This document shows positions 11,381 to 24,207 of a DNA stretch of 32,721 nucleotides, in pieces. The translations under genes and the position numbers were made by a program. The first letter of the stretch is position 1; every line of letters starts with the position of its first letter. The notes under the pieces are model-generated. The model did no database searches. It worked only from the letters and a program-made list of their open reading frames with translations, and was not told the DNA's origin. Source of the DNA: Oopsacas minuta (taxonomy: Eukaryota > Animalia > Porifera); contig JAKMXF010000125.1 of NCBI GenBank assembly GCA_024704765.1, forward strand, positions 1-32,721, in the 5' to 3' direction.

Positions 11381-14351
11381 TAGGGTGTCCCAAAAAAATC
11401 GATTTTTTGGAAGTTTATGGGGGACCCCCTAAGAAGTTTCTATATGTCATAGAATGATGGTGGAAAAAATTTCAGGTAGTTATTAGGTGATTTAGGGGTC
11501 CCTCAATGGCTTCATAAATTACATTTTACATCTGTTTTTTAAAAATTTCAGAATTTAATTCTTTGCTAGAAACTTGCCTTAAAATGCTAACTTGGGTGAA
11601 TCGACAATGCAGATTTCAGATTTAATATCAGAAATTTGTTATCTGTACATTTATATACTTTTTCAAGAAGTAAAATATTTTGTAATTCATTGTATATTAT
11701 TAATAGATTAAATGCAATTTAGCTCAGACATAGTTGGAGTAGTCCTGAAGTGTTTTCGATGCTGCTCTACCACTTGTAGTAGGCATTGCTTTGGACCTCG
11801 TCTTTTGAACTTCTGTTAAACTGTGAATCAGCTGGATCCCACGTTCAGCAACATCGTTACACAGTCAAATGCCTAGCAAACCCTTGACCCTCTATGTAGC
11901 TTAGATCCGAGCTCAAGTGTTAACAGGTTTTTTGAGGAACAATGAGTCTAATCTTGATGTCTCATAAAATGACAGTGATGCATAGTTCATTAAGAGAGCC
12001 CGGTCGCTTAGTTAACAGATGTCTGCCTCGATCTTGCTAAATACCTGCAACAAGCTGAACTTTGACCTCGTCATGTAGATGGTTTGAGAATGGCGCTAGC
12101 GAAGCCAACTCCAGAGAAATGCACCAAGAGTGTCTGACCATCATCCGCAAACCAACATGACTCAGCTCCACGTCGCCGTATTCCTATAAACGATGAATCA
12201 GCGCTATATCGTTGATTGCAACATCAATAGCGAGGCTGCACGAGTACCGTGACTGGATGTATACTAGGATAACAAATCGGTTGACTCGTTGAAGACCTTG
12301 TAATTGCCGTACGGTGAGATGTAGTGCTTCCTCGTTTCTCCGAAAGAGAAGCTCTATTTTCAACGCGTAGATAGCTTTGCTATCCAACGTGCTCTGTTCA
12401 GAGCTCCAGCCCGTCGTAGAGATGAAACAACTGGTAGGCCAACCATATTAGCAGCAAGATGGATTAACTCAAGGTAGTCCTCCCTTCGATGTTTGGCATC
12501 CATCGTGGTCCGAAGAAACTGCAAAACATCTGTTGGAGCATCTACGAGAGGAATTGTATCTTGGGGTTGATGGTGTAATTTCATCCATGTAGATCGAAAG
12601 TGCTTGAAAAATATATTGTCTGGTTCAGATGATGGGCCCATACACGTTGTAAACACGTCCGATAGAAGCACTTCGAAGATATGGTGCCGACAAGCAAATC
12701 AGAGAAGAGACCGTTCAAGCAAATTATTCAGGTGTACACAAGCGCCATAATATTGACCTGTATTTGATACTGTTGTATCAAAACAGGCACCAACTGTATC
12801 TGTTTCTATATCCCACGACTCAAGAAGTCCTTTAACAGCGTCGGAAGTATATTTTCCAGTTCCTGACAAGAGCTTAGGGCTCCAAGTAACTTGGTAGAAC
12901 TATCTTCAGAACTGGTTAGGAGGACAGCTATGCGATCTACAAGTTGGATACTCTTATCTGTGTCTGGTAAGAGTTTGCCATCCAAATGCACAACAGATTT
13001 CGTGGAGGAGAATGCCTGACGGGCCTCTTGGGCTTATTTCTTCCATTGCTTCTGTCTTTGACGGTGAATAGTGCTTTTTGACAGTGAAACAGTACTTGAA
13101 GGGACACCAATCGTGTTCAAGACAGATGCAGCAATCATTGATGCCTTGTGTACACTGGTGTTTGTTCTGTCAAGAACTGCATTAATTTCGGACTGATGTT
13201 TCGCTACTTCTTGACTGCAGTCGAATTGCATGTGAATATCCCATCATCCCTCATGTCTTCATAAGTAGTCTCGTCGTGCTCTGAATCAATTTCCTGGCTG
13301 GCGAACTGCGATTTTGGTGCAGAGGATTGTAACAGTTCACGATGTGCGCGTCTTTTGGCCGACAACCCTTCTAGCGTTGCTAGTGAGGAATCTATCCCCG
13401 ATACTCCCAGAACGATCCATGCGCTGCTGAACGAGGAATTGTCTGTCCCCTTCAAACTGAATTAAATAGTTTGCGTGAGCATGAGCTATGTCAAACAATT
13501 TATCTAGTTTGATTGAGTACTCTCCCTGGTTTTGAATGTCTGACAGAATGCTACGCTGCATGTTTTTCGAAAGCTGTTGTTGTTGTTGCTTGTAGAGTTT
13601 CTCTATTTTATCGATGATATCTCTCTTAGATTTCATTGGAATCCTGCACTGGTGCCATATCTTAATTAATTCGTCATAGGTTGTATGTGCGCTTTCTCGT
13701 TTTGTGCACTTATTTCGCGATGTTTGATAAAAAAGCGCATAACATCACGTCCACTAGGCAACTTTGCACCAATTATTTTGTTAGTGGGGAATCCGATCAG
13801 CCAAACGTGTTGAGAAGTGCGAGTTTTTGCTGCCATAATGTCAACTTGTTAAACATTTCAAATATGAGTCAGAATTTCTACTAGTTCCGGAATATGGAGT
13901 AAACCCTGTTATTGAAACACAATAATTCCTTAGTAATTTAATCTTATGTACGACGGAAATATGACTCAATTACAAACCACAATCTATTCTTTTGTTATTT
14001 TTAAGTAGTAATCAATAGAAACTTGAAACTTGACGAACAGTAACAGATGAATCATATATTTAAGTAATTCAAATCCGATGGTATACAAGATAACAAATTT
14101 CTGATGTTAAATCCTAAATCTGCATCGTCGATTAACCCAGGTTAGCATTTTCGAGCAAGTTTCTAGCAAAGAATTAAATTTTGAGATTGTTAAAATACAG
14201 GTGTAAAAATATAATTTGCGAAGCCATTAAGAGACCCCTAAATCACTTAATAAATACCTTAAATTTTTTCCACAATCATTTTATGACATATAGAAACTTC
14301 TTAGGGGGTCCCCCATAAACCTTTCAAAAATTCGATTTATGGGACACCCTA
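11381..14351 (-). mobile_element. hATm-type hAT transposon, full length, with ~270-bp TIRs
   Basis: Termini TAGGGTGTCCC...GGGACACCCTA and perfect 8-bp TSD CTGCACAT (11373-11380 and 14352-14359). The inverted repeat extends 11381-~11650 versus ~14082-14351. Confidence 0.93.
11700..13836 (-). pseudogene. Decayed hATm transposase
   Basis: ATG 13836 MAAKTRTSQHVWLIG...IGAKLPS; KLDKLFDIAH...DRQFLVQQR; CFDTTVSNTGQYYGAC...FACRHHIFEVLLSDVF (catalytic D and CxxH); RWIAK; VNDVAERGIQLI (catalytic E). Many stops and frameshifts. Confidence 0.9.
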
Positions 14352-14499
14352 CTGCACATGTAGCTCAAACATAAAATACTAACTACTCAACAAGATTTGC
14401 TATAAACAATCCTACAAATCTTATTCGGGCACTACAGACCGATGGAATTCAAAACTGCCATCAGAATTGTGCCATTTAATATATATTCTATGTAGTTTA

Positions 14500-14714
14500 G
14501 AAGGTTGAAACCCCTCAAACCGAATATCAGTATTCATGAATGGTAGCCTAACCGAATACTGATATTATTTGGGTTATCCAACCGAATACTGATAATATTC
14601 GGTAAAATCAACCGAGTACTGCCAAAAATATTAGTTTTGGCCAACCGAATATTGAACAATTTGCCAAATGAGGTTCGGTTGAACCGAATATCGAACTATT
14701 CGGTTGCAACCTTG
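14500..14714. mobile_element. hAT-type MITE with AACCGAATA subrepeats (copy 2)
   Basis: Ends GAAGGTTGAAACC and GGTTGCAACCTTG, with five or more AACCGA(A/G)TA units. Shares CAAACCGAATATC(A/G)GTATTCATGAAT with 5493-5649. TSD degenerate. Confidence 0.75.
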
Positions 14715-14929
14715 GTAATTAGTTTTCAAATAATTTTTAACTCATAATCTAATTAATGAACAAAGCGTTTTTGAATATTTAGAATTAGAAAAATTTTCCT
14801 AAATTATTCCGGAACATTGCTGACAAACAGTCAAATATTTTTATGAATTATGAAATGGGATAAATATTCACCGTATAACCAGGATATATATGAGTTTGTT
14901 TAGTGTTGTTAAAATACTTTCTCAACATA

Positions 14930-15195
14930 TTCGATTACCCCAGGTTGTCGTTGAAAGTATGATTCTACTACGAATTTGAATTTATTTACTTTATCTTCAT
15001 AAAGACAACAATGTATTTACATATGATTAATCAAAAAGTGTGAAAATCGGATCCAGCATGTTCGATATATCTAGTGAAGTTTTATTGAATTCTATTTACT
15101 TCCATGATAAACGCGATGAAATCATAGTTATGCGAAAATCATTTACTTGACAACCGACAATCAAACAGACAACAATTGAGATTTATTTATATAGA
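14930..15195 (-). mobile_element. Non-autonomous Helitron-like element (copy 2, inverted, shorter)
   Basis: Reverse complement begins A|TCTATATAAATAAATCTC. Shares CTAGATATATCGAACATGCTGGATCCGATTTTC and TAGAATCATACTTTCAACGA with copy 1. Confidence 0.6.
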
Positions 15196-15833
15196 TTTAT
15201 TTTTCACGTATTCTTAGATTTGGCATCACTCCTTTAAGGATCTCGATGATATATGGATATTTCGATTGTACCCAAGTTATCATCAATCATATCAACTCCG
15301 AATTTTCGACTGTTTGAGTAAACACTATCACTCTCATCCTTCTAGAAGTATTACTCTTTCGCTGGAAATATATGCTCAAATTCAATGATGTTACTGTGCT
15401 TAACATGAAATAGTATAGTCGCCAGTTTGGATATTAGTCCTTTATTGTATTTTCATCTTCTGTCATGTACCTAAATAGTTTAAGATTTTGAGCTGAAATT
15501 GTAAAATGTTTTTCTCACATATATATTTGAATTTTGATATAGGATTTCTTACCTCATACAAATTGGCACTCTTGTGCCATTTGTACAAACAGGAAAAGCG
15601 TGCCACCTAACGCAATACTAAGATTATATCCGTTGTTTTTTTCAGATATCATCCTTTTTTTAGAAATATCCTATAAGTGATAATTTTAATATATTAGTAA
15701 TTAAAACACCCTCGGATATCCACACATAATTATTTTCAATAATCAACTCAAATATTCTTATAGTTTTAGTACTATGTAACATCGATTTTCAACTTTCAAT
15801 TTTGTTATGTTTTTTCAAGTCCAAATAGAACTA

Positions 15834-16034
15834 TGCGAAGGGCACTCGAAAATTTTTGATGTTGACCGACATATCAGATAGTAAAAATAAAATTGACTAT
15901 TACATTTTTCAAAATACTCTCCCTGACAATCTATGCATTTTTTCATTCTGGTAAACCAATTATCAAAACATTTTTTCCACTCTTCTTTGGGTATGTCTCC
16001 GATCGCTTGGAAAAGTGCCCCTCTCAACTCCTCA
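15834..16034 (-). mobile_element. Mariner 3' fragment (minus strand), ends at the N
   Basis: GALFQAIGDIPKEEWKKCFDNWFTRMKKCIDCQGEYFEK is a mariner C-terminus. TIR-like TA-TGCGAAGGGCACTCGAAAA at 15832. Confidence 0.8.
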
Positions 16035-16035
16035 N

Positions 16036-16166
16036 GGGTGCAAAGGTTAAAACTTTGTGTATCTGCAGGAGGGGATTACTTTGAATAAATTCTATAGTGG
16101 ACTAGTGTGTATAGTGTTTGTATCATATTCTATGATGTCACTCGCAAGACTTATTGAACACCCTAG
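16036..16166 (+). mobile_element. Mariner 3' fragment (plus strand), starts at the N
   Basis: Frame reads VQRLKLCVSAGGDYFE* (stop ~16086-16088), followed by TIR-like ACTTATTGAACACCCTAG. Confidence 0.75.
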
Positions 16167-16170
16167 CAAA

Positions 16171-16860
16171 CCAAATATTTTCGATCGGCTTATATCTGGG
16201 GAGCTACTGGGCCCAAATGGTTTCCACCAAAAGCCAGCTAGATGCTCTGAAAGCCATCTCTGTGTCCTTTGGCTGTATGGAGAGGGGCGGCATCCTGTGT
16301 GAAAATTGTCTCGGATATTTTTCAATACATTTCCATTGGGTGAGTGGAGCCTTGGTTTAACTCCGCTCAAAGTTATTGAGACAGCATTTCTTCAGGAATT
16401 CCTTAATACAGTATTCAGTGTTCACAGAGCGTTTAGGGATGAAGTGTAGTCCTGATAGCACTAACTGGTTCTTCATTTTCGGAGATTACAACTAATTAGA
16501 CCGTGGTAATATTGTGCGGATTAATGGTCCAATCACAATCATTCCATGCTTTGCGTTCCGGACAGAATTCTAGCCTCTTTTGCATCTGTTTTCGGTCAAT
16601 TTCGTGTACAAGGGTCTTTGATAGGCTATCACTACAATTGTTACTAGTAAAGACGGTAAGTTGTGTCTCACTGACGGGGCACCGACCTAGACGAGATATA
16701 TTTCGCAAGTTTCGGATTTAATTGTAGCGTTTCCCGAATGATTTTCGAATTATAAGTTAGGACCCGAGATAGCTTCGCCGGATGTCCACAGCCTGGCTTG
16801 TCATGGAGCAGAGATCCAGCTCCATGCCATATATACCAGTTTTAAACTGTCCGAATTGTT
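16171..16860 (-). mobile_element. Tc1-like transposase fragment, apparent DD37E spacing, 3'-truncated
   Basis: KPGCGHPAKLS (GRPR-like linker), QDAAPLHTAK-RTQRWL...FWWKPFGPSSSPDIS-PIENIW. 109 nt lie between D (16292-16294) and E (16180-16182); restoring two 1-nt deletions gives 37 codons. Confidence 0.7.
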
Positions 16861-19800
16861 ACTACAAGAGTATTGGTAACTGTTTGTATTGAACCGGCTT
16901 ATATCAAGCAAATCGCTAGCTCACGAATAGCTAATCTTGGGTTCATGAAATCTACGCAATAAAATTTATAGGGTTGGGAATTATTATGAAAATATACAGA
17001 TGTCAATTAAGGATATACAGAATTTATTAAAGTACTGGACTCCGATTGAATAATAATAATTTGAGAAATTGTCGGTTAGCAAATCAATTTCTGCTGTCTG
17101 CACCTATTCACTATGATTCTCTCTTGTAACATGTTTAATCATTCAATTTCAACTATCAACACATATTCAATGCAATTCTTACTTGCAACAATGTTTAACC
17201 ATTCAATTTTGTTAATTAGACCTATTCCCTGCACTGTGGTACTTACCAGTAACAAGCTTAAATTTCCATCAGTAAACAAGGTAATGGAAAAGAAAAGAAA
17301 TGAGAGTAGAAAATGAAGACGATAATAATAAGGAATGGTCGAAAAGGAAAAGTCTAAACTTAGTTATATTATCCCTTCCGATATGCAGATTTCAATTGCT
17401 TTCAAAAAGTGTTAAACCCAACAATGTAGACTGTCCAGAAATACGATAGTTACATTCGTATATGGTGTATCCTATACCATGCAAAGAGTTTGTTGTAATA
17501 TTTTAGTAACCAATACAAGTACAAAAAAATTATTGCTATAGGCTCTTGTACTACCTTAGCAAAATTCATGACCCGCGTACTCCCATGGATGAATTGTCTT
17601 ATTTAACTTACAAAATATTTTTGAATAGGCAGAACCTATTAATACATGTCATTGTACCTACTCCGAACTCGAATCAAGTTTGCATAAGGGATTTATCTTG
17701 GATCCCGAACCTGTTATACTCAAAATGCACGCCATCTACATGAATAATTGTTCAACCGATTAGGCAGAAGTCTTACATTCATACTGAAAAGGAACACAAA
17801 TTTTTGTTTCGTTTTAAACCAGTGTGAAGTTCGCAAGTTTGGTTTCAGCAAGTTTCGAATATAAATCTCACTCCTTTCCCCGCGATTGGTTTAGGGCCAA
17901 AATTCCCCAACAAGGTGATTGCTTAGGGAAGCTCATGAATATGAAGGAAAAAGTTTTCAATTTTTTGAGTATTACAAAACCAACTGTTTTCCTGAACCCA
18001 AAATTCAACTATGACCAATTCTGAATATTGGACATTGGTTTTGGAAAATCTGGCAAAATTATTTTACTATCTTCTGAGATCCTGTTTGCTAAACTTCCAC
18101 TATTATCATGGACACACTTGTACTATGATTGTGTTGGCAAGCACAACAACATCTCTATACTTATTCTACCTTTGAAAACTTGGGAGTTTGTCCAGTTTAG
18201 CGTTTCAAATTATTTCCGTATACTTGTATCATCCCCAATTTACCCCACTAAAATTCCAAAACACTGGAATATATTCTAGATTAACAAAAATCACTTTACC
18301 TACGTTCTATAGGCGTAGCCAGGGTTTTGGATTGGGGGGTCCTGGACAAGCGAAGCGAGTCAATAAGGGGGTCTCGGGCATCGCCACAGCGATTTTTTTA
18401 AAATTTCTTTAACAAAGACCGATGTGCGATATTGGAAACTCTATTGCCGTAATCTCTACTCATTAACAAACTAAAGACACTAAGTAACATTCCCATAAAC
18501 CAAGTAGGCTATCGTTTGTTCTATTATATGTTTATTCAAACGTATAATTCCATTTTTTAAATATAATAGATGCGTGTAAATGTTGTGGCAAATCGTTTGA
18601 TAACATCATCAATGGATGGTGTATCAGAACGATGAACCTGAAGTAGAAGGAGAGCCTCAAGTCTCTGCACTTCATTGTGCTTCTTTTTTCCATTAGAGTT
18701 TTCTCCATTTTGGAGAACATGCGCTTAGCCTCGACAGTCGTCACTAGCAGAGTTGCCAAAATCTGCAGCAATGGAGAATGTCGGGAAATGATGCGCAGCT
18801 ATCAAGTGTAGCAATGGCGGATTTGGAGAGTCCTCCCTTGAGATATTAGACCACTTCCGTCGCCACAAGCTATAGTTACAGCATGCAACAAGCATGGGAT
18901 CTTCCTGCAAGTAATCATAAACCGAGATGACTGGTTCCACATAACCAGTTGTCCTCACTATTTTTCAATATGTATGCTGGAATGAGCCTTGCAAGTTCCA
19001 CGACTCTCCGCTTCCTCCCACCAAAGCGAAGTTCCAAGTCAGTGACAATGCTGTCGATGGCAGGATATAAGACATTTATTCTAAAATACTGTTCAACATA
19101 TTGATCCGTACCACCTACTGCCGCCCTGCAGACTGAGCGTGATGCCAACAGTGGCTTCGCCAGTTCAATGTCAAGTATGGTAACAACCAGTGACGCTTCA
19201 GCAAATAGTTCTTTGAATCTGTCAGCAGATCTTATCTGACGTAAGGTGTCGATAAGATCTTTGATGTTGTCCATTGCCAAAACAATATCAAGACTAGGCT
19301 TTTGCAGCCGTCGTGTGGTGGTAGGAACAGGGCAGAGAGTACCTCAAGCATGACAAGAGAAATCACAAAGCTAGACTGCGCGGTGAAGTTCATAAGATGA
19401 TAGCCGTCTTCGCGCATCAGGTGACTGCCAGTCAGACATTCATTGTAGTGCAACCATCACGTACTTCAGCAAACTTCGTACGCAAACCACGGAAGTGTGC
19501 CGCTCGACGAAAGGCGTTGTACACAGTAAGTCCAGCTGTATCTTGGAGATGGAGTGTCCTCTTCGTCATATATGCAGGACTTCAACAAGTCGGTCCGCTT
19601 GGCACTCGAACGAAAACACAAAGTTATGTCTTTGATAACATCTTGTGCGTGTTTGATAGATTGCACAGTGATCGCTTTTGCAGCGTCAGATTCAAACAGT
19701 GCATGGCATAATTGTAGTTTTGTGCGTCAGGCGCTTCAACTTCAAAATCAAGCGGCTGCTCCTGCACGTTGACCTGTCATTGATGATGCACGTCATATCC

Positions 19801-19905
19801 ATGACCAATGCATCTTGTCAATTCTAATTGCAGGCATTTGACAACGTGAAAGTAATGCCTCACCAATGGCATTGCCACTTAGACAACGTTCGTCATCCTT
19901 GCTGG

Positions 19906-22900
19906 CAGGGGCGTAAATCCTGGGGGGGGCGGGAGGGACGCATCCCGCCACTTTTTGGACTGGAGGGACGCCTATATAAATTGTACCCCCACTTTTTCGT
20001 CTTTGAAATTATTTATAATACAGATATAAATAATAATTCCCATTGAATATCTTAATGTCAATTTTTCTCTTCGAGTCGTTTTGATTTTTTGACTCCTTTA
20101 TGTACTATTAAGCGTTCCATCATACCAGATAAGAACTCCATTATCTCATTAAAGAACGGATTGAAACCCATGTCTCGAAACGATGCTATTTCAAAGAGGG
20201 CAAAATTGACTGGAATTAAGAGATTTTTGAAAGACATCCCGCAGGATGAACAGACCAGCGTTAGTGATGAACATAATCGTCAGCCCAGTTCTGTCTCTAA
20301 TCTTTCTTATTACAATCAAGATATTCAGCTTAATTTTAATTCAAATGATTCCTGTTGTCAGCAGTTGATATCTGGTTCTAGGTGCTTTTCCATCGCAGTT
20401 TGCGTTGTTGACACACTCCAACATTTGGACAGTGACGACCCTGACCCTCTGGATTAGCCTACACCTGGATCCTGTTATTAACATGGTTCAAGTAGTTCAA
20501 CATCAGTTTTGAGCATGTCTAATGCAAACAACACGACCAGTTTGGGCATGCCAAATCAACCAGGTACATCGGTCATCCCTGTTCAACTACTACCATCACG
20601 ATCACTTCCTTCCAGAAAAACTGGTATCAAGAATATCAGTGGCTACATTACAGTTCGAGTCTAAAAAAGTTCTGGGTTTCTACTGCTCAATAGCTAGTGC
20701 CTTAGGATTAATAGATTTGGCCAGATGTAATTATCCAGCATTCATTCCAAATAGGTTTGACAACTGGAAGAAGGCCCATGAAAAGTTTAGGTCACATCAA
20801 ATGTCACGCACACACCAACTAGCAATAAATCAGATTTCCGCAATCAAAAGGCCCGCTGTAAATGTCAAAATGAACACACAGAAACTAAAAGAAGAAGAAA
20901 TTTCAAGAAATTCACTTTTGAAATTATTTACTTCGATAAGATATTTACTAAGACAAGGCTCTGCAATTCGTGGCCATGATGCGACTTCTGGAAATTATTT
21001 TCAGCTTTTGAAACTTAAGTCAGAAGATGATCCGATTTTGGGGTCTATCTGAATCGAAAAACCAATTTATTTCTCCTCGTGTACAAGAAGAAGTGATGGA
21101 AATGTTCAGTCATTGCATTGTAAGAGAGGTTGTGAGTAACATTCAAAAGCATTGATGTTTCACCACTATTGTTGATGAGACACAAGATGTTAGTGGTCGA
21201 GAGCAAGAGTCTATATGTCTGAGGCATGTTAACTCCGATCTACATATACACGAAGATTTTGTCGGTATATATGAAATTACTACTACTACCAGTAAATCTA
21301 TTGCAGGAATGGTACTTGATGTCTTAACTCGGTTTGCATTACCATTAAGCAATCTACGCGCCCAAACGTACGATGGAGCTGTAAACATGAGCAGCCATTA
21401 CACTAGTTATCAGGCAAGAGTAAGACAATGTCAGCCATTAGCGCTCTATTTTCACTTTGCATCGCATATTTCAAACCTCGTGATGCAAAATTCCATAATA
21501 TCCAGTCAATTGGTTCGAAACGCCTTACAATGGGAAAATGAACTAGGCGTCCTCATGAATAGATCCCGTAAGTATAGGGTTATGTTCCAAGTAATTTACC
21601 TATCAAATCAATCCGAAAGTCATATCCTTCTGCGATCAAACCGCTTTGCCCAACTAGGTGGTTGTGCAAACTACCAGCCATTCAATCAGCACTTGAAAAC
21701 TACTCTACTATTTTGCTCAGCTTAAAGGAAATGGCTGATGTTGGTGTTACGGAATCCGCAACAAAAGCAAACGGCCTTCTAGATTGTTTTCAGAAAGGCG
21801 AGACATTACTTGGATTGATGATAGCAGCTAGGCCAGTAGCACCTCTAGAGCAGTTAAATAGTGTATAGCAAGCAAAATCAGCTACTGTATCTAGAATGCT
21901 GGAAACTGTTAAAATATCATCTGAGTCTATCTAAGCATGGTATTCAGATGAAGTGTTCTACGAAATATTTATTGCTGAGGAGAAAGGTGAAACATATGAA
22001 CTGGATCCACTAGAGATTCCAAGAAGACGTTGCCCTACAAAAAGATATACTGATCAAGTTGCACAAGATCAACCTACCAACCCTGAAGAACATCACAGGA
22101 AGCAGTACTTTGAGTTCATCGATGCTGTAAATAAAGGTCTATCAGACAGGTATGGTCTTAGCAAATCTGGATTAGACCAATACATAAAGTTGGAGAACAT
22201 GCTAACGTCTGGAAAAGTTGATTAGATGTAATTCCTAAGTATCCTGAATATGATAAATGTTCTCTACCAATGCAGTTAGAGATGTTCAAACATAACTACA
22301 AGCCATATATGTTAAATGATGCAAAACTGTCTAAGTGGAGTATGACATCTGAAGTACGCTCCTTGTTTCCACAGGTAGTTGTTCTACTGAAGTTGCTTGT
22401 ATGTCCTGTTTCTTCGTGCGATTGCGAGCGCAGTTTTTCCGCTTTAAGGCGTCTAAAACTTGGCTCAGAGCTATAATGACCCAGCATACAAAGGGTATTC
22501 ATTTATTTCGTAACTCATAGAATATTTGTACTATAAAACTGAGATAAGCCTCAAATACGACTATTGATATTCAAAGTAGTCTCCCTTGTGCTCGGCTATA
22601 AGCTTTAAACGCTCTATCCACTTGAAAAATGTTTTCTTATACTCTTCTTGTGGTATGTCCCTGAGGTATCATTGGATGGTCTTCCAATTTGCATCCGTTC
22701 TCCAAAAGCTGTACCTGCTAGGTGCTTTTTGAGCCCATCGAACAGCCAAAAGTCGCAAGGTGTAGGTCAGGGCTATGGGGTGGATGTTCCAATTCCTCAA
22801 GGCCTATAGAAGCAATCTTTTCCTTGACTTCCTTAGATTAGTGCGGTCTGGCATTATCATGCAAAATTTTGATTCCTCTAAGACTAGTGGCTGGCGACGT

Positions 22901-24207
22901 TCAATATAATGTTTTTCGATTTCGGATGAACACCTGTTGCATAAAAGTGCCCGGTAACTGTTTGCCCCTTAGGAGTACAGATTTGGCAGACTGGACCATG
23001 TGCATCGAAAAATATGGAGTACATTACTTTGTTGGCCCAATGATCCGGTCTTGGAAGTGCCGGGAGGGAACTCCCTTTTACAATCCATACCTTGTTCTGT
23101 TCTTTGCGAGTTGGCTCTGAATATCTTATCCACGTCTCATCGCCGGCACATATTTCAAATAGTCGTCTCTCATCACATTAATCATACTTTTCAAGCAGTA
23201 TATTTTGCAATTCTCACCTGGGTCTTCTTTTGAGTCTGATTCAACAAATGTGGGACCCAACGTGAGCAAACCTTGGACATACCAAGATGCTTGGTCAGAA
23301 TTGCATAAACACTTCCCATTAACAAGGTTAGGCTAGTAGCTAACTGCCCTATCGTAATACTGGGATCAGAGTCACACATTTCAGCTGCAAGAGCAATATT
23401 GTTTGTAGTGGTAGCAATTATAAGTTGCCCCCATCCGAGGCTCATCTTCAACCGACACCCTACCTTCACGAAAACGTAGACTCTACTTCTTAACGGTTAA
23501 TTCCGAACAAGTCTCCCCACTATATACCTGTACTAATCTTGGTTGGTATTCCTTGGCGTATCGCCGAGTAATGCTCGGATTTTGATGCATGCTCTTTGTT
23601 CAAGTAGAAATTCATTAGATTTTGAAGTCATAAATTCCTCTGTGGTTGCTATAACCTATCTTCAAAAGGGTGTATCTCACAAAATATTAGATCAATTTCC
23701 ACAAAGTATAGTGTCCTAAATAGACGAAAATCTAAGTTAGAAATTAGATGCAAATAGTAAATACATGTGGTTAACAATAATTGCAATAGCTAGGGTTAGG
23801 AACTACTTGAAATCCCTTTGTAGAATGAATTGTGTTTCAGTTTGCAAAGCACACAGTGAAAAACTTGATAAAGTTGATGTGCGTCAACTGGCAAGAATAT
23901 TTATCGCGCAATCACATAATCGTAGGAAGATCTTTGAAACTTTTCACTAAATTTGGTAACATTCCCATAGTCTTTATATGCAGTTATATTCTCATTTATG
24001 AAAGTATTGTTAGTACAACCAAACAAAAATTCGGTTCCATTGGGTGCTAAGAATATCCGTGGATCAATATTTGTCCGTCTAAGAATTAAAAAAATGAAGG
24101 AAAGTGCGAGCTCTCCAAGACCTATTACCGTTACTAACTACGCTCGGAGTTCGTAGACATCTTTGTGAAAACGTCCCCCTACTTTGTAACATGGATTTAC
24201 GCCCTTG
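19906..24207 (+). mobile_element. Inner hAT-Tip100 (ZMYM1/DUF4371-type) transposon
   Basis: TIRs CAGGGGCGTAAATCC and GGATTTACGCCCTTG with perfect 8-bp TSD CTTGCTGG (19898-19905 and 24208-24215). Decayed transposase: FDNWKKAHEKFRSHQMSRTH, YLLRQGSAIRGH, VDETQDVSGREQ, LRAQTYDGAVNMS, FHFASHISNL, CDCERSFSALRRLK...MTQH|RMN...RRKIFETFH* (stop 23950). Confidence 0.95.
22489..23820 (-). mobile_element. Mariner (DD34D) element, full length (1332 bp), decayed
   Basis: TA at 22487-22488 and 23821-23822. ~26-bp imperfect TIRs CAAAGGGTATTCATTTATTTCGTAAC and CAAAGGGATTTCAAGTAGTTCCTAAC. Motifs SRWVPHLL, LHDNARPH, EHPPHSPDL-PCDFWLF, KGDYFEYQ*. 101 nt between the two Asp codons (34 codons minus 1 nt). Confidence 0.93.

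Noticed and set aside
14500-14714. CRISPR-like array from repeated AACCGAATA units (also 5493-5649 and 9670-9862)
   Set aside because: Units are short, irregularly spaced, bounded by TIRs and in eukaryotic DNA with no cas genes; they are MITE subterminal repeats.
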